A stretch of DNA of 64,000 nt from Squalus acanthias (GCA_030390025.1 CM059432.1:125118001-125182000), one strand, 5' to 3'; counted from the stretch's first letter, positions 37,323 to 49,383 are shown. Numbers and translations: made by a program. The notes: a model not told the origin generated them from the letters alone.

Positions 37323-38974
37323 TTATGGCTGATTTGTATCTTAACTCCAACCACTTGCCTTTTTATACCCTTGTCTAGCAAAAATATATTGATCTCAGAT
37401 TTAAAATTATTAATTGAGCTAGTGTCTACTGCTTTTTGTGGGAGTGTTCCACGCTTCTACCACCCTTTGCGTGAATAAGTGTTTCTAACTTCTCTCCTAA
37501 ATGGTCTAGCTCTGATTTTAAGGCTATGTCCCCTTGTCCTAGACTCCCTCACCAATGGAAACAGTTTATCTCTATCTAACCTATCAATTCCTTTCAAAAT
37601 CCTAAAAACCTCAATCAAATCACCCCTTAACTGTCTATATTCCAGGGACTAAAAACCTAGTTTATGTAATCTCTCCTCATAATCTAACCCTTGGAGTTCT
37701 GGTGACTCTGCACTGCAATCCTTCCAAGGCCAATATATCCCTTCTAAGGTGCGGTGCCCAGAAATGTACACAGTACTCCAGATGTGGTCTAACCAGGGCT
37801 TGTAGCAAAACTTCCTCCCTTTTTATATTCTAGCCCTCTAGTTATAAAGGCTAACATTCCATTAACCTTTTTGATCATTGTAACTACAAAGGTCAGAATG
37901 AACCAAGAAATTAATTTAGATATGATTTTCAATACAACATATAGAAGCAAACGCATCACAATTTTTAAAACTTCAACTGTTGTCTAAGCTTTGTTTCTGA
38001 TCTCAAAACTCAGAGGTTGATTATGCACATAAGTGGATTCTTTGTCATAGTGCTGTCTATCTATAAATCAGCCTTTCAAAATCTGAAAATGGCCGTATCC
38101 GTGAATCAGTTTGTACAAATTTGCTCATCTATTTAATTTCCTACAGTTTCCCACTCTGAAGCTGAATTAACATCATAAGTTGCAACTCGACTGCACAATG
38201 GGGGCCTGATTTAAATGGCTGTTAAGCTACTTGAGACATGAGAGTTGGCCAGATTTAGAATCATGGGGCCCCGATATTTACGGGGAGGCGGGAAATGAGC
38301 CGAGGAGTGTGGTTGCGGGGGGGGGGGGGGTGTGGGATACCTGGAAAACTCAGGAATGCAGAGGTCCTGCCGAATTTAACGGCAGGACATCGTTATCATT
38401 TTTTATTACTCCATTTCCAGCCCGACAGTCAGCCAGAATGACAGGCTGTTGGGGACAGACCCCGGCAACCGGGAAGGATTGGAGTTTAGTGGTGGGAGGT
38501 AGGTCGGACTGGCAATCGGAAGGGAATGGGACCAAGAGAGATTGCGGGGCAGAAGTGTCGGGATTGCGGGTTTGAGGGGAGGGGAGGGGGTGCGGGGTGG
38601 CCCAATCGCGGCAGAAGATTTGTTTGAGGGGCTGTGGAGGAATGTCCTACTGTTCCCGGCTCTCAAGCAGTGCTATAAAAAGCAGATACCTGTTTAATCC
38701 AGCTGCTCCCGGTTTTGCAGCCTGGTTTCCCGAGCCCTGGGAAACCTGTCTGGCCCATATTAAATTTAATTCAGATTCACAACTGCACTGTGAGAGCCTG
38801 ATTTAAATATTATAATGAGGTGTTCCGCCTACCGAGAGCGGGACGCAGACATGCCACTCGCAGCCGCACGCGGTGGGTTGGGGACGCATTGCGCAATATT
38901 TATTTTTTATTTTTAACTTCCCGCCCCTCCCCAACCCACACTCTCCCAGCGTGCGAGTTTTAATGTTCTCTCCA

Positions 38975-39525
38975 TAGAATCATAACATTTTACAGCACAA
39001 AAAGAGGCCACTTAGCCCGTCAAAGCATTGCTCAATCTCTTAAAGATCTATCCACTTAGTGATCTACTTAGTCTCGTTTCCCTGCCTTTTCCTCATACCT
39101 TTTTAATTTTTTCTTTTTCAAATATTTATCTACTTCCCTTTTAAAAGCCATCATGGATTCTGCTTCCACCATTGTGGTAGGGCATTCCATGCCTAAAAGG
39201 TTAATTCTCATAACCTCTCCCTTTGTTGTTTTGGTGGAGATCTTAAATTTATGCCCTCTAGTTACCAACCCATTAACCTGTGGAAATAGTTCTTCCCTAT
39301 CTATCTTATCAAAATATCTCAATTTTGACCAGCTCTATCAGTCTCCTTTTAAAATCTTTGTCCTGATGTACAGAGCTCTAGGCTCTCTAGTCTCTCCTCA
39401 TAACTAAAGACACTCATCCTTGGTGTCATCATAGTGAATCTATTCTGCAACCCTCTGTAGCTTTGACATTCTTTCTAAAGTAAGATCCCCAAATTTGAAC
39501 ACTATATTCTAACTGTAGCCTAATC
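38975..39525 (-). mobile_element. Old CR1 3' fragment
   Basis: ORF 39068-39322 (TRGHKFKI...AFKREVDKYL). Confidence 0.75.
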
Positions 39526-39639
39526 AAAAAAAATTTATGGTAAGGCTAACAAAATCCTATTGCATGAACTCACCCAGCAAAATACTGAAGTGATTAACAT
39601 TTTTATTAACTGCTATTAACCTTTTTTTGTTAAAGTTAA

Positions 39640-40073
39640 AGAAATACTTTCACCACCTCAGGAAGTCCGAAAGCGCATTACAGCCAGTGATGTACTTTTG
39701 CAGTGTAGTCACTGTTGTGATGTAGGAAACGCGGCAACTAAATTGCACATAGCAAGGTCCCAAAAACAGCAATATGATAATGACCAGATAATCTGTTTTT
39801 TAGTGATGTTGGTTGAGGGATAAATGTTGGTCAGGACTCACCCGCTCTTGTTCAAAATAGTGCCATGGGATCTTTTAGGCCTACCTGAGAGGGCAGAGGG
39901 GGCCTCGGTTTAACGTCTCATCCGAAAGATGGCACCTCCGACAGTGTAGCACTCCTTCAGTACTGCACTGGAGTGTCAGCCTAGAGTTTGTGCTCAAGTC
40001 TCTGGAGTGGGACTGGAACCCACAACATTCTGACTCTGAGGCGAGGGTGCTACTAACTGGACCACGGCTGACA
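39640..40073 (-). mobile_element. Deu-domain SINE, near full length
   Basis: Reverse complement of 36840-37280. Confidence 0.8.
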
Positions 40074-43000
40074 GAAGCATCCTGATTTCTGAAAGCAGAA
40101 AACATCCACCATTGTATGAAAGTTCAAGTCATCCTAACTTTAAAGGACATTGAGTATTTGGAGATAGTTCAGTGAATAACCAGAATGATTCTTGGATATA
40201 GGCTTTAGCTTGTGAGGAGAAACGTACAGAACTGAGTTTGTGTTCATTTGAGAAAAGAAGATTGAGGAGGTGCATCATCCCAGTGCTTAAAATACTTAGA
40301 AGCATAGACGATGAAGATCTACACAGGCTATTTGACCTGGACTGTGAATTAGAGGGTACAGATTTAAAATTCACATCTTCAAACAAAACTACATAGTAGG
40401 AATCCGCCCCACCCCCCACCTTACAGAGCCATGGATACATGAACAGACTCCCAGCAGAAACAATTGATGATATGGCAATTAACTCCTTCAGAAAAGAGCC
40501 GTGAACAAGATTGAATTTGAAAATGATGAAGTAGGTATAAACTGAGAAGGTTAAATATTCCCTGGAGTATAGTGATTTCTGTGATGCTGAGGCAGGAGGG
40601 ATTTTCTCTGTGGAGGGCATCTAGCCCAGGTGAATAGTAAAAATGTGGGAATGATTGAAGCTTTGTTTTTTGGAGATCAGGAGGTATTTGTGGAATACTT
40701 TCCATCAGAAGGTAAAATAGACTGGTGTGGAGCCCATAATTGGGTTTATTTCACATGGTGTGCAGAAGAAGCTGACCTGATGAATCAAATAGCCTTTCTC
40801 TTTTGTACTTGTTTAGATTAGTGGTAGGCCAGAGGATTGGGAAATTTTTAGAAACCAGCAAAGGATGACTAAAAAAATAATAGAGGGAGAAGATAGATTA
40901 TGAGAGTAACCTAGCAAGAAATATAAAAAAAGACAGTAAGAGCTTCTACAGGTATATAAAAAGGAAGAGAGTAGCTAAAGTAAACGTTGGTCCCTTAGAG
41001 GATGAGACTGGGGAATTATAATGGGAAACAGGGACATGGCAGAGACTTTGAACAAATATTTTGTATCTGTCTTCACGGTAGAAGACATTAAAAGCATCCC
41101 AATAATAGATAAGGGGCAAAAGGGAGGGAGGAACTTAAAACAATCACTGTCACTAGAGAAAAAGTACTTGTCAGCCTTTAGTCCCATTAGTTTGCCAAGT
41201 CCCCTGAACCTGATGGCCTGCATCCTAGGGTCTTAAAAGAAGTGGCTGCAGAGATAGTGGATGCATTGGTTGTAATCTACCAAAATTCCCTGGATCCTGG
41301 AAAGGTCCCAGCGGATTAGAAAACCGTAAATGTAACGCCCCTATTCAAGAAAGGAGGGAGACAGCAGGAAATTATAGGCCAGTTAGCCTAACATCTGTCA
41401 TTGGGAAAATGCTGGAATCCATTATTAAGGAAGTAATAGCAGTACATTTAGAAAATCATAATACAATCAAGCAGAGTCAACATGGTTTTATGAAAGGGAA
41501 ATGATGTTTGACAAATTTACTAGAATTCTTTGAGGATGTAACGAGCAGGGTGGATCAAGGGGAACCAGTAGATGTAGTGTATTTGGATTTCCAGAAGGTA
41601 TTCCATAAGGTGCCACATGAAAGGTTACTGCACAAGATAAGAGCTCAAGGTGTTGGGGGTAATATATTAGCATGGATAGAGAATTGGCTAACTAACAGAA
41701 AACAGAGTCGGGATAATTGGATCATTTTCAGGTTGGCAAACTGTAACTAGTGGAGTGCCACAGGGATCAGTGCTGGGACCTCAACTATTTACAATCTATA
41801 TTAATGACTTGGATGAAGGGACCGAGTGTACTGTTGCCAAATTTGCTGACGATACAAAGATAGGTGGGAAAGCAAGTTGTGAGGAGGACACAAAGGCCCC
41901 GAATTTAATAGAGCTCAGAGGGCGGGTTTGGAGGTGAGTCAGTAGTGAAAATCGGAAAAATTGACGGCGGGCTGCGAACCCCCTCCATCCCGCCTCCACG
42001 CTACTTTGGCAAGTGTCGGGTCAGCGGCTCCTGACCTGACCCGACACCAAACGGCGGGAGAGGCACTTAAGGCAGTTAACAGCTTGTTAACTGCCTGAAT
42101 AATCTTATTTTAACTGCCTGTTCGGATTTTGCAGCTTTTTCTGCGTGCTGCCCGCCATCAGAAAAACACGCCAGCTGCATTGTGATGGGTTTAGCGAGGA
42201 CCTGAATTGTTGACAGCTGCTCAAACAGCTTAAAAGCGGTCCTGCAATATCTCATACTTTCAGATGTCACAGCTTTGAGGTTTGGGACACATTTTGCAGC
42301 TCTACTAATCTTGAGTGTTCAAGCTGAAATCCATCTGCAGTGTGACCTCCTTGGAAAACCCTCTGGCCACTTTGTCTGAGCACAAACAATCTCCATTCCT
42401 CGACTGAGATATATACCAGTGGTGTGGGAACCATTTATATCCTCTCATCCTGGTCGTCGGATTCGGATTAAGAGCAGCCGCGGCAGCAGCACAACTAGGC
42501 ACAGCAGCAGCACCAACAGCAGCAGTGCCAATCTTCTCCTCAGCCACCTGATGATGCAGAGGGCGTCAGTGCAGGCTTGCACCTCACCGCAGGAGATACC
42601 ACCAACACAGGGTTTACAGGCTGAGGACGAGCTTCCTCAACATGAGTGAGCAGCAGTGCCAAAGGAGGCTGAGACTTTCGCAAGACGTCATCGTTGACAT
42701 CTGCGCAATGCTGCACCAACACCTGGAGCCCAGAGGAGCGTGTGGACACTCCTTACCAGTGGCTGTCAAAGTCACCATCGGACTCAAGTTCTTTGCTTTG
42801 GGCTCCTTCCAGGGATCAGTTGCAGATATCAGCGGCATCTCCCAGTCGGCCACAAATGCCTGCATCACGCAGGTTACCAATGCCCTCTTTGCAAAGTCGC
42901 ATAATTACATCCATTTCTCCACAGGTGAAGCAAGTGTGACCTGCGCGTGCGGTTGGCTTTGCAAATATGGCAGGCTTCCCAAGGGTGCAGGGCGTCGTAG

Positions 43001-43381
43001 ACTGCACATGTGGCCATTAGGGCACCCCATCACAACCCAGCTGTATTTGTCAACCACAAGGGACTCCACTCCCTTAACGTCCAGCTGGTGTGTAACCACA
43101 GGAAGATCATCATGCATGTTTGTGCAAAGTACCCTGGCAGTTGCCATGACTCCTTCATCCTGTGGCAGTCTACTGTGCCTCAGCTGTTCAATCCACCAAC
43201 GCAACTTTCCGGATGGCTACTTGGCGACGAGGGCTATCCCTGAAAAAGTGACTCATGACACTGATGAGGCCATCAAACGAGGCTGAGGAGCGGTACAATC
43301 TGAGCCGCAATTCCACCAGAAACATCATAGAGCAAACCATCGGCTTGCTCAAAAAGTGATTCCGATGCCTTGATAGATCTG

Positions 43382-43588
43382 AAGTGAGAAGTCGCACAAC
43401 ACCAGGTTATAGTCCAACAGCTTTATTTGAAATCACAAGCTTTCGGAGCGGCTGCTCCTTCGTCACCTGACGAAGGAGCAGCCGCTCCGAAAGCTTGTGA
43501 TTTCAAATAAAGCTGTTGGACTATAACCTGGTGTTGTGCGACTTCTCACTTTTGTCCACCCCAGTCCAACACCGGCATCTCCGCATCA
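43382..43588. mobile_element. Miniature fold-back PLE: perfect 84-bp-arm palindrome + 37-nt tail
   Basis: Arms 43382-43465 and 43468-43551 with a 2-nt loop; tail 43552-43588; TSD TTGATAGATCTG at 43370-43381 and 43589-43600. Confidence 0.93.
43464..43499 (+). ncRNA. Minimal hammerhead ribozyme motif
   Basis: CAC-CTGACGA-A-GGAGC-AGCC-GCTCC-GAAA-GC-TT-GTG. Confidence 0.78.
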
Positions 43589-44140
43589 TTGATAGATCTG
43601 GTGGAGCCCTGCAGTATGCACCAGCCAGTGTGTCCAGAATCATCGTTGTCTGCTGCACAACATCGCACAGCAGCGTGGCTTGGAGCTGCCTGAGGAACAA
43701 GTTGCTCAGCGCACAGCCTCCTCGGAAGAAGAAGAGGAGGAGGAGGAGGAGGATGGCATGCCTTGCGGGGCCGGATGTGGCCAATGCAGCAGCACATGAC
43801 CACATTGCTGGCCGTCAGGCAAGGGATGTACTCATCCATGCCAGATTCGCGTAAGCTTACGCTTCAACCACAGGTGGCTGGCAGGTGGCTATGAATGTGT
43901 GGACGACCTTCTTAACACGCCATACATCATCTCTCCAATAAACGGTGCTTTCCTATTACTCTCACCACCATCATTACAAATGCAAGTCGCCCTGAGCCCT
44001 CACTGTGCAACTTCCATTTCTCAGAGCACATAGGCCAAAACTTCAACTCTTTGCCATCACTTTTGTTTAATCGCATCACAATAAGGATGACAATCCATAC
44101 TTTCCTACACAACAAAACACCCAAGTGACTACCCTTGTGA

Positions 44141-45992
44141 CTATTTATGTGTTAACTTCCTCTTGCGCGTGCTTCTATGTGGTGCTTCCCCTTTGGCTTC
44201 AGCAGAGGTAGAGGCACCTTGCTCACTTTGATGCTGCGCCTGCTTAGACGCCTTTGGCGGGCGTCCTCTGGGTTTGAGAGCCTGGAAGGGCTCCTCCACA
44301 GTCTGCTCTTCCTGCAGCTGTGCAGGGGCTGAGACGGCCATTTCAGTTGGGTGAGGAATCTGGGGATCTGACCGAGGGCTCCGCAGTGGCATGGTCGTGT
44401 GAGCGCTTGGAGAGGAGCCCACACTTCCTTGTTGTCGGCCACCAACATCCCTCTTCAGTGCTAGCAAGTGGCTGGAGAGCACCTTGCTGCACATCAGTGA
44501 GGCCATGAGGACCCGTCTCAGTACTGACAATTCTCATAACGGGGACGACCATGTACCTCTGGTGTGTCTCCTCAATAGATGCCCATCTATTTAGAAGAGT
44601 CACCATGTTCTCCTGAGTCTGGCGACTCATCATCTCCATGGAGGTTGCCACCCTCTCTGGCACGTTCATGCACCATTGCCTCCACAAAGGCAGTGCTCAT
44701 GTTTGAGATGGACACCTCCAGTCTCTGCACACTTGCAGTTACCATGGATGCAAACCCTGTCAGAGACTCCTGCACTTGTTCCTGGAGTTCCAGCACTGCT
44801 CTCTTTCTGGATGTCTACATGTATCTGAGCAGAGCTAGGAGTGTACTGCGATCTCCGACGCGGACTCTCCACTGCTGTCGCTGTCTCCACCATCTGCTGA
44901 TGCTCACTTGTGAGCTGTGATACACCAAGTGACAACACTACTCTGTTGCGAAGGCCCCGCCGAGGTGTGCGTTTCTGCGCTGGTGCTGGGTGTGCTGAGT
45001 CCTGGTGACGCTGCTCCCTCAGAGGCTGCAGGTTCCTCTGAGGAGTTGTCCAGCTCTTCCTCATGGACAGTGGGGAGGGGGGCTCTCGATGGTCCTGTGG
45101 GAGAGTAAAGGCATGAGTTAGACATCTGATTTTTAGGTAGCAGACACATCCTATTGTGCAGATGATCAAAAGTCAATCTCTATTAACATCATATGCCATT
45201 GCAGTCAATCATGAAATCTAAATTAGGGTTGAACATCTATTCTGTCACCAGCTTCCTCTGCTGCGCCCATCTCTCCGTCCCCCACTTCCAGCTCCTCGCC
45301 AGCTCCCACGATCTCGTGAGCAGCCTCCTCAGCACTTGTCAATGTCACCAGGGATGGTTTGCCTCCTCCTGTCGACGCTCTGTACCTCTTAATTTTTGTC
45401 TATCTTTTCCTGCAAGGAGGGACATGAGTGGAGTCTCAGCGAGATTGATGGAGTGACTGTGAAGAATCCATAACAGAAGCTTAGAGGGAGACCAAGATGG
45501 AGTGAGGTGCCAAGAGGAAGCTGCCTCCATATGCGTTGTTAGTTGTTGTCATTGCATAACAGCGAGCGAGTGTGAGGGGTGCATAGTAGGATGGTGAAGT
45601 GATTCTGTACATAGAGAGAGAGGGATAGGTAAGGGTGCAAGGAAAGTAAGGGTAAGGTGACATGTGGAGGAGGAGCCTGACAAAGCAGAGTGCTGGTGAT
45701 GAGAAGAGAAGGGAGGCAGAGTAAGTGAAGGTAAGTGTGATGTGATGCTCACTTTTGATGAGCGCAGAAGATCATTAAACCGTTTTCGGCACTAGACCCA
45801 GGTGCGTGAACATAAGGACCTAGCGCTTGCCTCCTCAGCAATGTGCAGCCATGTTGCCTTTGATTGCTGAGGAGGCTTCCTCCAGCCATCGGGAGGGAAC
45901 AGCATCTCCCTGCGCCCTCTTACTCCCTCCACAAGAGCTTGGAGGGAGTCCTCATCGAACCGTGGAGCAGCCTTGGCTTTGGCAGCAGTCAC
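44141..45992 (-). pseudogene. Harbinger Myb/SANT-like accessory gene (probably 3 exons: 45992-45753, ~45409-45249, ~45094-44141)
   Basis: MTAAKAKAAPRFDEDSLQALVEGV...W..IAEE...RTWV*CRKRFNDL (Myb_DNA-bind_5-like trihelix); acidic/Ser-rich middle; basic C-terminus (PRGRPPK...RSTRKRK); GT/AG sites visible. Confidence 0.8.
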
Positions 45993-47287
45993 TGTAACCT
46001 GGGCCCATTCACACAGCAGCAGAAAGGAAATGAGCAGCTGAGGCTACATGGGCCCCTTAAAAACAACTGCAGCAATGACGTCATCAGTGACAGCAACAGA
46101 CCCGCTCCCACTCATTGGGCCGGGCAGCGTTTTAGTTTAAGTAGCCTCATTAGGCCTGCCGTGCATGCTGCCCGGCCCAATGAGGCTACTTAAACTAAAA
46201 TCGTAAATCGGGAGCGGCTGAAACTGGCAGCGGGACTGGAACCTGCCCACCAGGCAACCCGCCTCCTCCATTAACTTCGCAGCCAAAGAGTCTGCAAAAG
46301 GATATGGATAGGTTAAGTGAGTGGGCAAAAATTTGGCAGATGGAGTATAATGTGGGAAAATGTGAGGTTATCCACTTTGGTAGGAAGAATAAAAAAGCAA
46401 AATATTATTTAAATGGAGAGAGACTGATGAATGCTGCGGTACAGAGGGATCTGCATGTCCTCGTACATGAAACACAAAAGGTCAGCATGCAGGTACAGCA
46501 AGTAATTAGGAAGGCAAATGGAATGTTGGCCTTTATTACAAGGGGGTTGAGTATAAAAGTAGGGAAGTCTTGCTACAACTGTACAGGGTGTTGATGAGAC
46601 CACACCCTGGAGTATTGTGTACAATTTTGGTCTCCTTATTTAAGGACGGATATACTTGCATTGGAGGCAGTTCAGAGAAGGTTCACTAGGTTGATTCCTG
46701 AGTTGAAGGGATTGTCTTATGAGGAAACGTTGAGCAGGTTGGGCCTATACTCATTGCAGTTTAGAAGAATGAGAGGGGATCTTATTGAAACATATAAGAT
46801 TCTGAGGGGGCTTGACAGGGTAAATGCTGAGAGGATGTTTCCCCTCGTGGGGGAATCTAGAACTAGAGGGCATAGTTTCAGAATAAGGGGTCGCCCATTT
46901 AAAACGGAGATGAGGAGGAATTTCTTCTCTTAGAGGGTCGTGAATCTTTGGAATTCTCTACCCCAGAGAGCTGTGGAGGCTGAGTCATTGAATATATTCA
47001 AGGTGGAGATAGACAGATTTTTGAGCAACAGTGGAGTCAAGGGTTATCTGAAGCGGGCAGGAAAGTGGAGTTGAGGCCAAGATCAGATCAGCCATGATCT
47101 TATTGAATGGCGGAGCAGGCTCGAGGGGCCGAATGGCCTACTTCTGCTCCTATTTCTTATGTGTTGTTAGTGTTTGTTGTATGTGGAGATTGTTATTAAA
47201 GGTCCTCCCTTTCTCTGAACAGATCATAACTGTAAAACTCCTATATCTTGAGTTCATAACACAATTTTTTGTGCTAAAGAAAATAAA

Positions 47288-49383
47288 GGCCTAGAAATTT
47301 CGATATCGGTTAGCAGCCACTGAAAATGGTGGCACTGGTGGCTAATTAACATTAGCCCAGCGCTAAACTTAGTGTGCAAAGCCGTTCTGGTGGCGTTAGT
47401 CCCAGCAGGAGGTCCCAATGTAGCGTGGCCGTAGCGTCATTGCAGCAAGAACAGCCTTCTCTTAAAGCGAGGCTTCATTTCAGAAAGCAATTCGGTCTCT
47501 TAAAGAGGAACTGCCTTCTGAAATGAAAAAAAATAAAAATCATGTAAATATAGGCAGGTTTTTACCCTTGCAGCTCATCTGCCTTCTGAAAAAAAATTAA
47601 CATTAAAAAGAATTTCCAAATGGAGTTTTAGCTCTTAAAGCTGAATTGCCTTCCACACTTAAAAAAAAAAAATGGGAAAAGTGCTTCAGCACGAATGCAA
47701 ATGGCTCAGCAAGCCAGGGAAGGGGCACCCAGGGTCTTGCATGCAGCACTCCAGTTTTGTGCAGGGGGTCAACACTGCAAGAGAGGTCCTCTACCCACAG
47801 GGGCCAGGAGGACCTCCAGAAAGGATGATATGGGACCAGATCACCGAGGCCGTCACTGCCAGCAGTGTCGCCCCCACCACCTGGCTCCAGTGCCCAAAGA
47901 AGCTTCATGACCTCAGACCTGTGGTCAACGTCAATGAATGCATCTTCAAAAGCCGTCTCCTACCAACTGCACCACTAGCCTCAGACACTTCTCAATACAC
48001 GACCCACCCCCGCCCCCATTGCTCACCTACCAACAATCTGTACCAATCACGAGGCACAAGTTTTATTCCTAGCTTCACCTCACCCCCTTGGGGGAGATGG
48101 TGCTGGCCATTCTTGTCGGGCATTGCTGAGCCCTTGGTCAGCGACAGGGCTGAAAAGATACAAGATGCTGGTATCCTCATACGTTATCCTCCTCGCATGC
48201 ACCTCTTACTTTCCCGCCCTCCCCTCACCACAACTCCATCCTTGTGCCTTCCTCATTTCACACACCCAATAAATGCAGCCTGCCCGATCAGTGGTTGACC
48301 AAGAAGAGGGAGAGGAGAGTGAAGAAAAAGAAGAAACACCGACACTCAATTTCACACTCCAGCCCAGCTCCTCAAGGTCGACCTGCAAGGACATTTGCAG
48401 GGCCCCCCACTGAAAGTCCGTAGCTTTCCACCAGCCTTGCTGCAGCCACTGGGGTAGCACTGCGTGACATAAGTAGGATAGGCAAAGGCACACACAAGAT
48501 AGTCACTAAGGGAATGCATAAGGCTGATAAGTTGATTTCTTGATGTCATATTGGATGGATAGATATATAAAGTTGGATTGGAAAGTATGCTTTGTAGTGG
48601 CTTTTATTTCAGCATTGTGGCCAAGAGGGCGCTGTGATGGTCAGTAACCGAGGAAAGGTAAGGTGTAGGGACAAATGTTGAAAGGGGAATTGGGGTTGTG
48701 GTCACTAATACCGCAGGCGGATGATTGCATCCCGGCCAGAACGGGGCTGTCTGGGTTGCATCCTTCTGCATCTTCCTCTTTGAGTGGATGCTGTAAATTT
48801 GAAATAAAAGCAGAAAATGCTGGAAATAATCAGCAGGTCAGGCAGCATCTCGACCTGAGACGTGAACTCTGTTTCTCTCTCCACGGATACTGCCTGACTT
48901 GCTGAGTATTTCCAGCATTTTCTGCCTTCTCAGAGGCCTTCCTTTACCATCCGAGGCCTTGCAATCATCCAGCAGCATTCCCTGCTTACTTAAAAAATTT
49001 TTTAACATGTATTGCACCAAACCACTACTTAAATAAAATTTTAAAAATCCAGTCCAAAAGCTTAAATGCAAACTTACTTGAAAGATGTGTGTGTTCCTTT
49101 AAGAAGTGCTGACAACGTCTGTCAGTCTGCTGAAAGCTCGCTTTTCAGACCAGACTTGGGGCCCAGCGCTAAACTCAGCACTAAGTTCGAAGTTCGCAGA
49201 GCGTAACGCGAAGTCGGCGTGATGTCACACTCTCCACATTTGCATCTCCAGGGCCAGCGCTGCCGCCCTCCTGAAATGGCGGCTGCCGAGTCCTGCGCCA
49301 AAGAAGGGCGTTAGAGTGGTGGCTGCCATTTTTTGCCAGGATAGTGGCGCATGTGGGTGGCAATAAGGTAGGGAATTTCTCCC
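47288..49383 (+). mobile_element. Decayed second Harbinger-type element with Myb/SANT-like remnant
   Basis: ORFs 47672-48298 and 47695 (MAQQAREGAPR...VQGV...EVLYP...WDQITEAV.ASSVAPTTWLQCPKKLHDL); candidate termini GGCCTAGAAATT / AATTTCTCCC. Confidence 0.6.
48786..48928. mobile_element. Small fold-back fragment of the second PLE family
   Basis: Arms 48807-48849 and 48886-48928, matching the pLTR end at 18520-18590. Confidence 0.65.

Larger units (their letters stand above)
42420..43854 (+). pseudogene. Harbinger (HARBI1-like, DDE_Tnp_4) transposase, disrupted
   Basis: Motifs [85 protein letters not shown]; frameshift, stops and a PLE insertion. Start approximate. Confidence 0.9.
41895..46284. 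mobile_element. PIF/Harbinger DNA transposon, full span, with two convergent genes
   Basis: Imperfect TIRs GGCCCCGAATTTAATAGAG and (rc) GGCTGCGAAGTTAATGGAG; 3-bp TSD AAA. The empty site CACAAAGAGTCTGCAAA matches the uninterrupted CR1 at ~11950. Confidence 0.92.
40820..47160 (+). mobile_element. CR1 LINE (RT region to 3' tail), split at 41894/46285 by a Harbinger transposon
   Basis: ORFs 41508-41937 ([44 protein letters not shown]) resume at 46285 (SLQKD-MDRLSEWAK...) and run to the CR1 3' UTR. Confidence 0.93.

Noticed and set aside
42420..43854. Host gene HARBI1
   Set aside because: Has stops, a frameshift and an insertion, and sits between TIRs with a TSD; a transposon copy and not the domesticated gene
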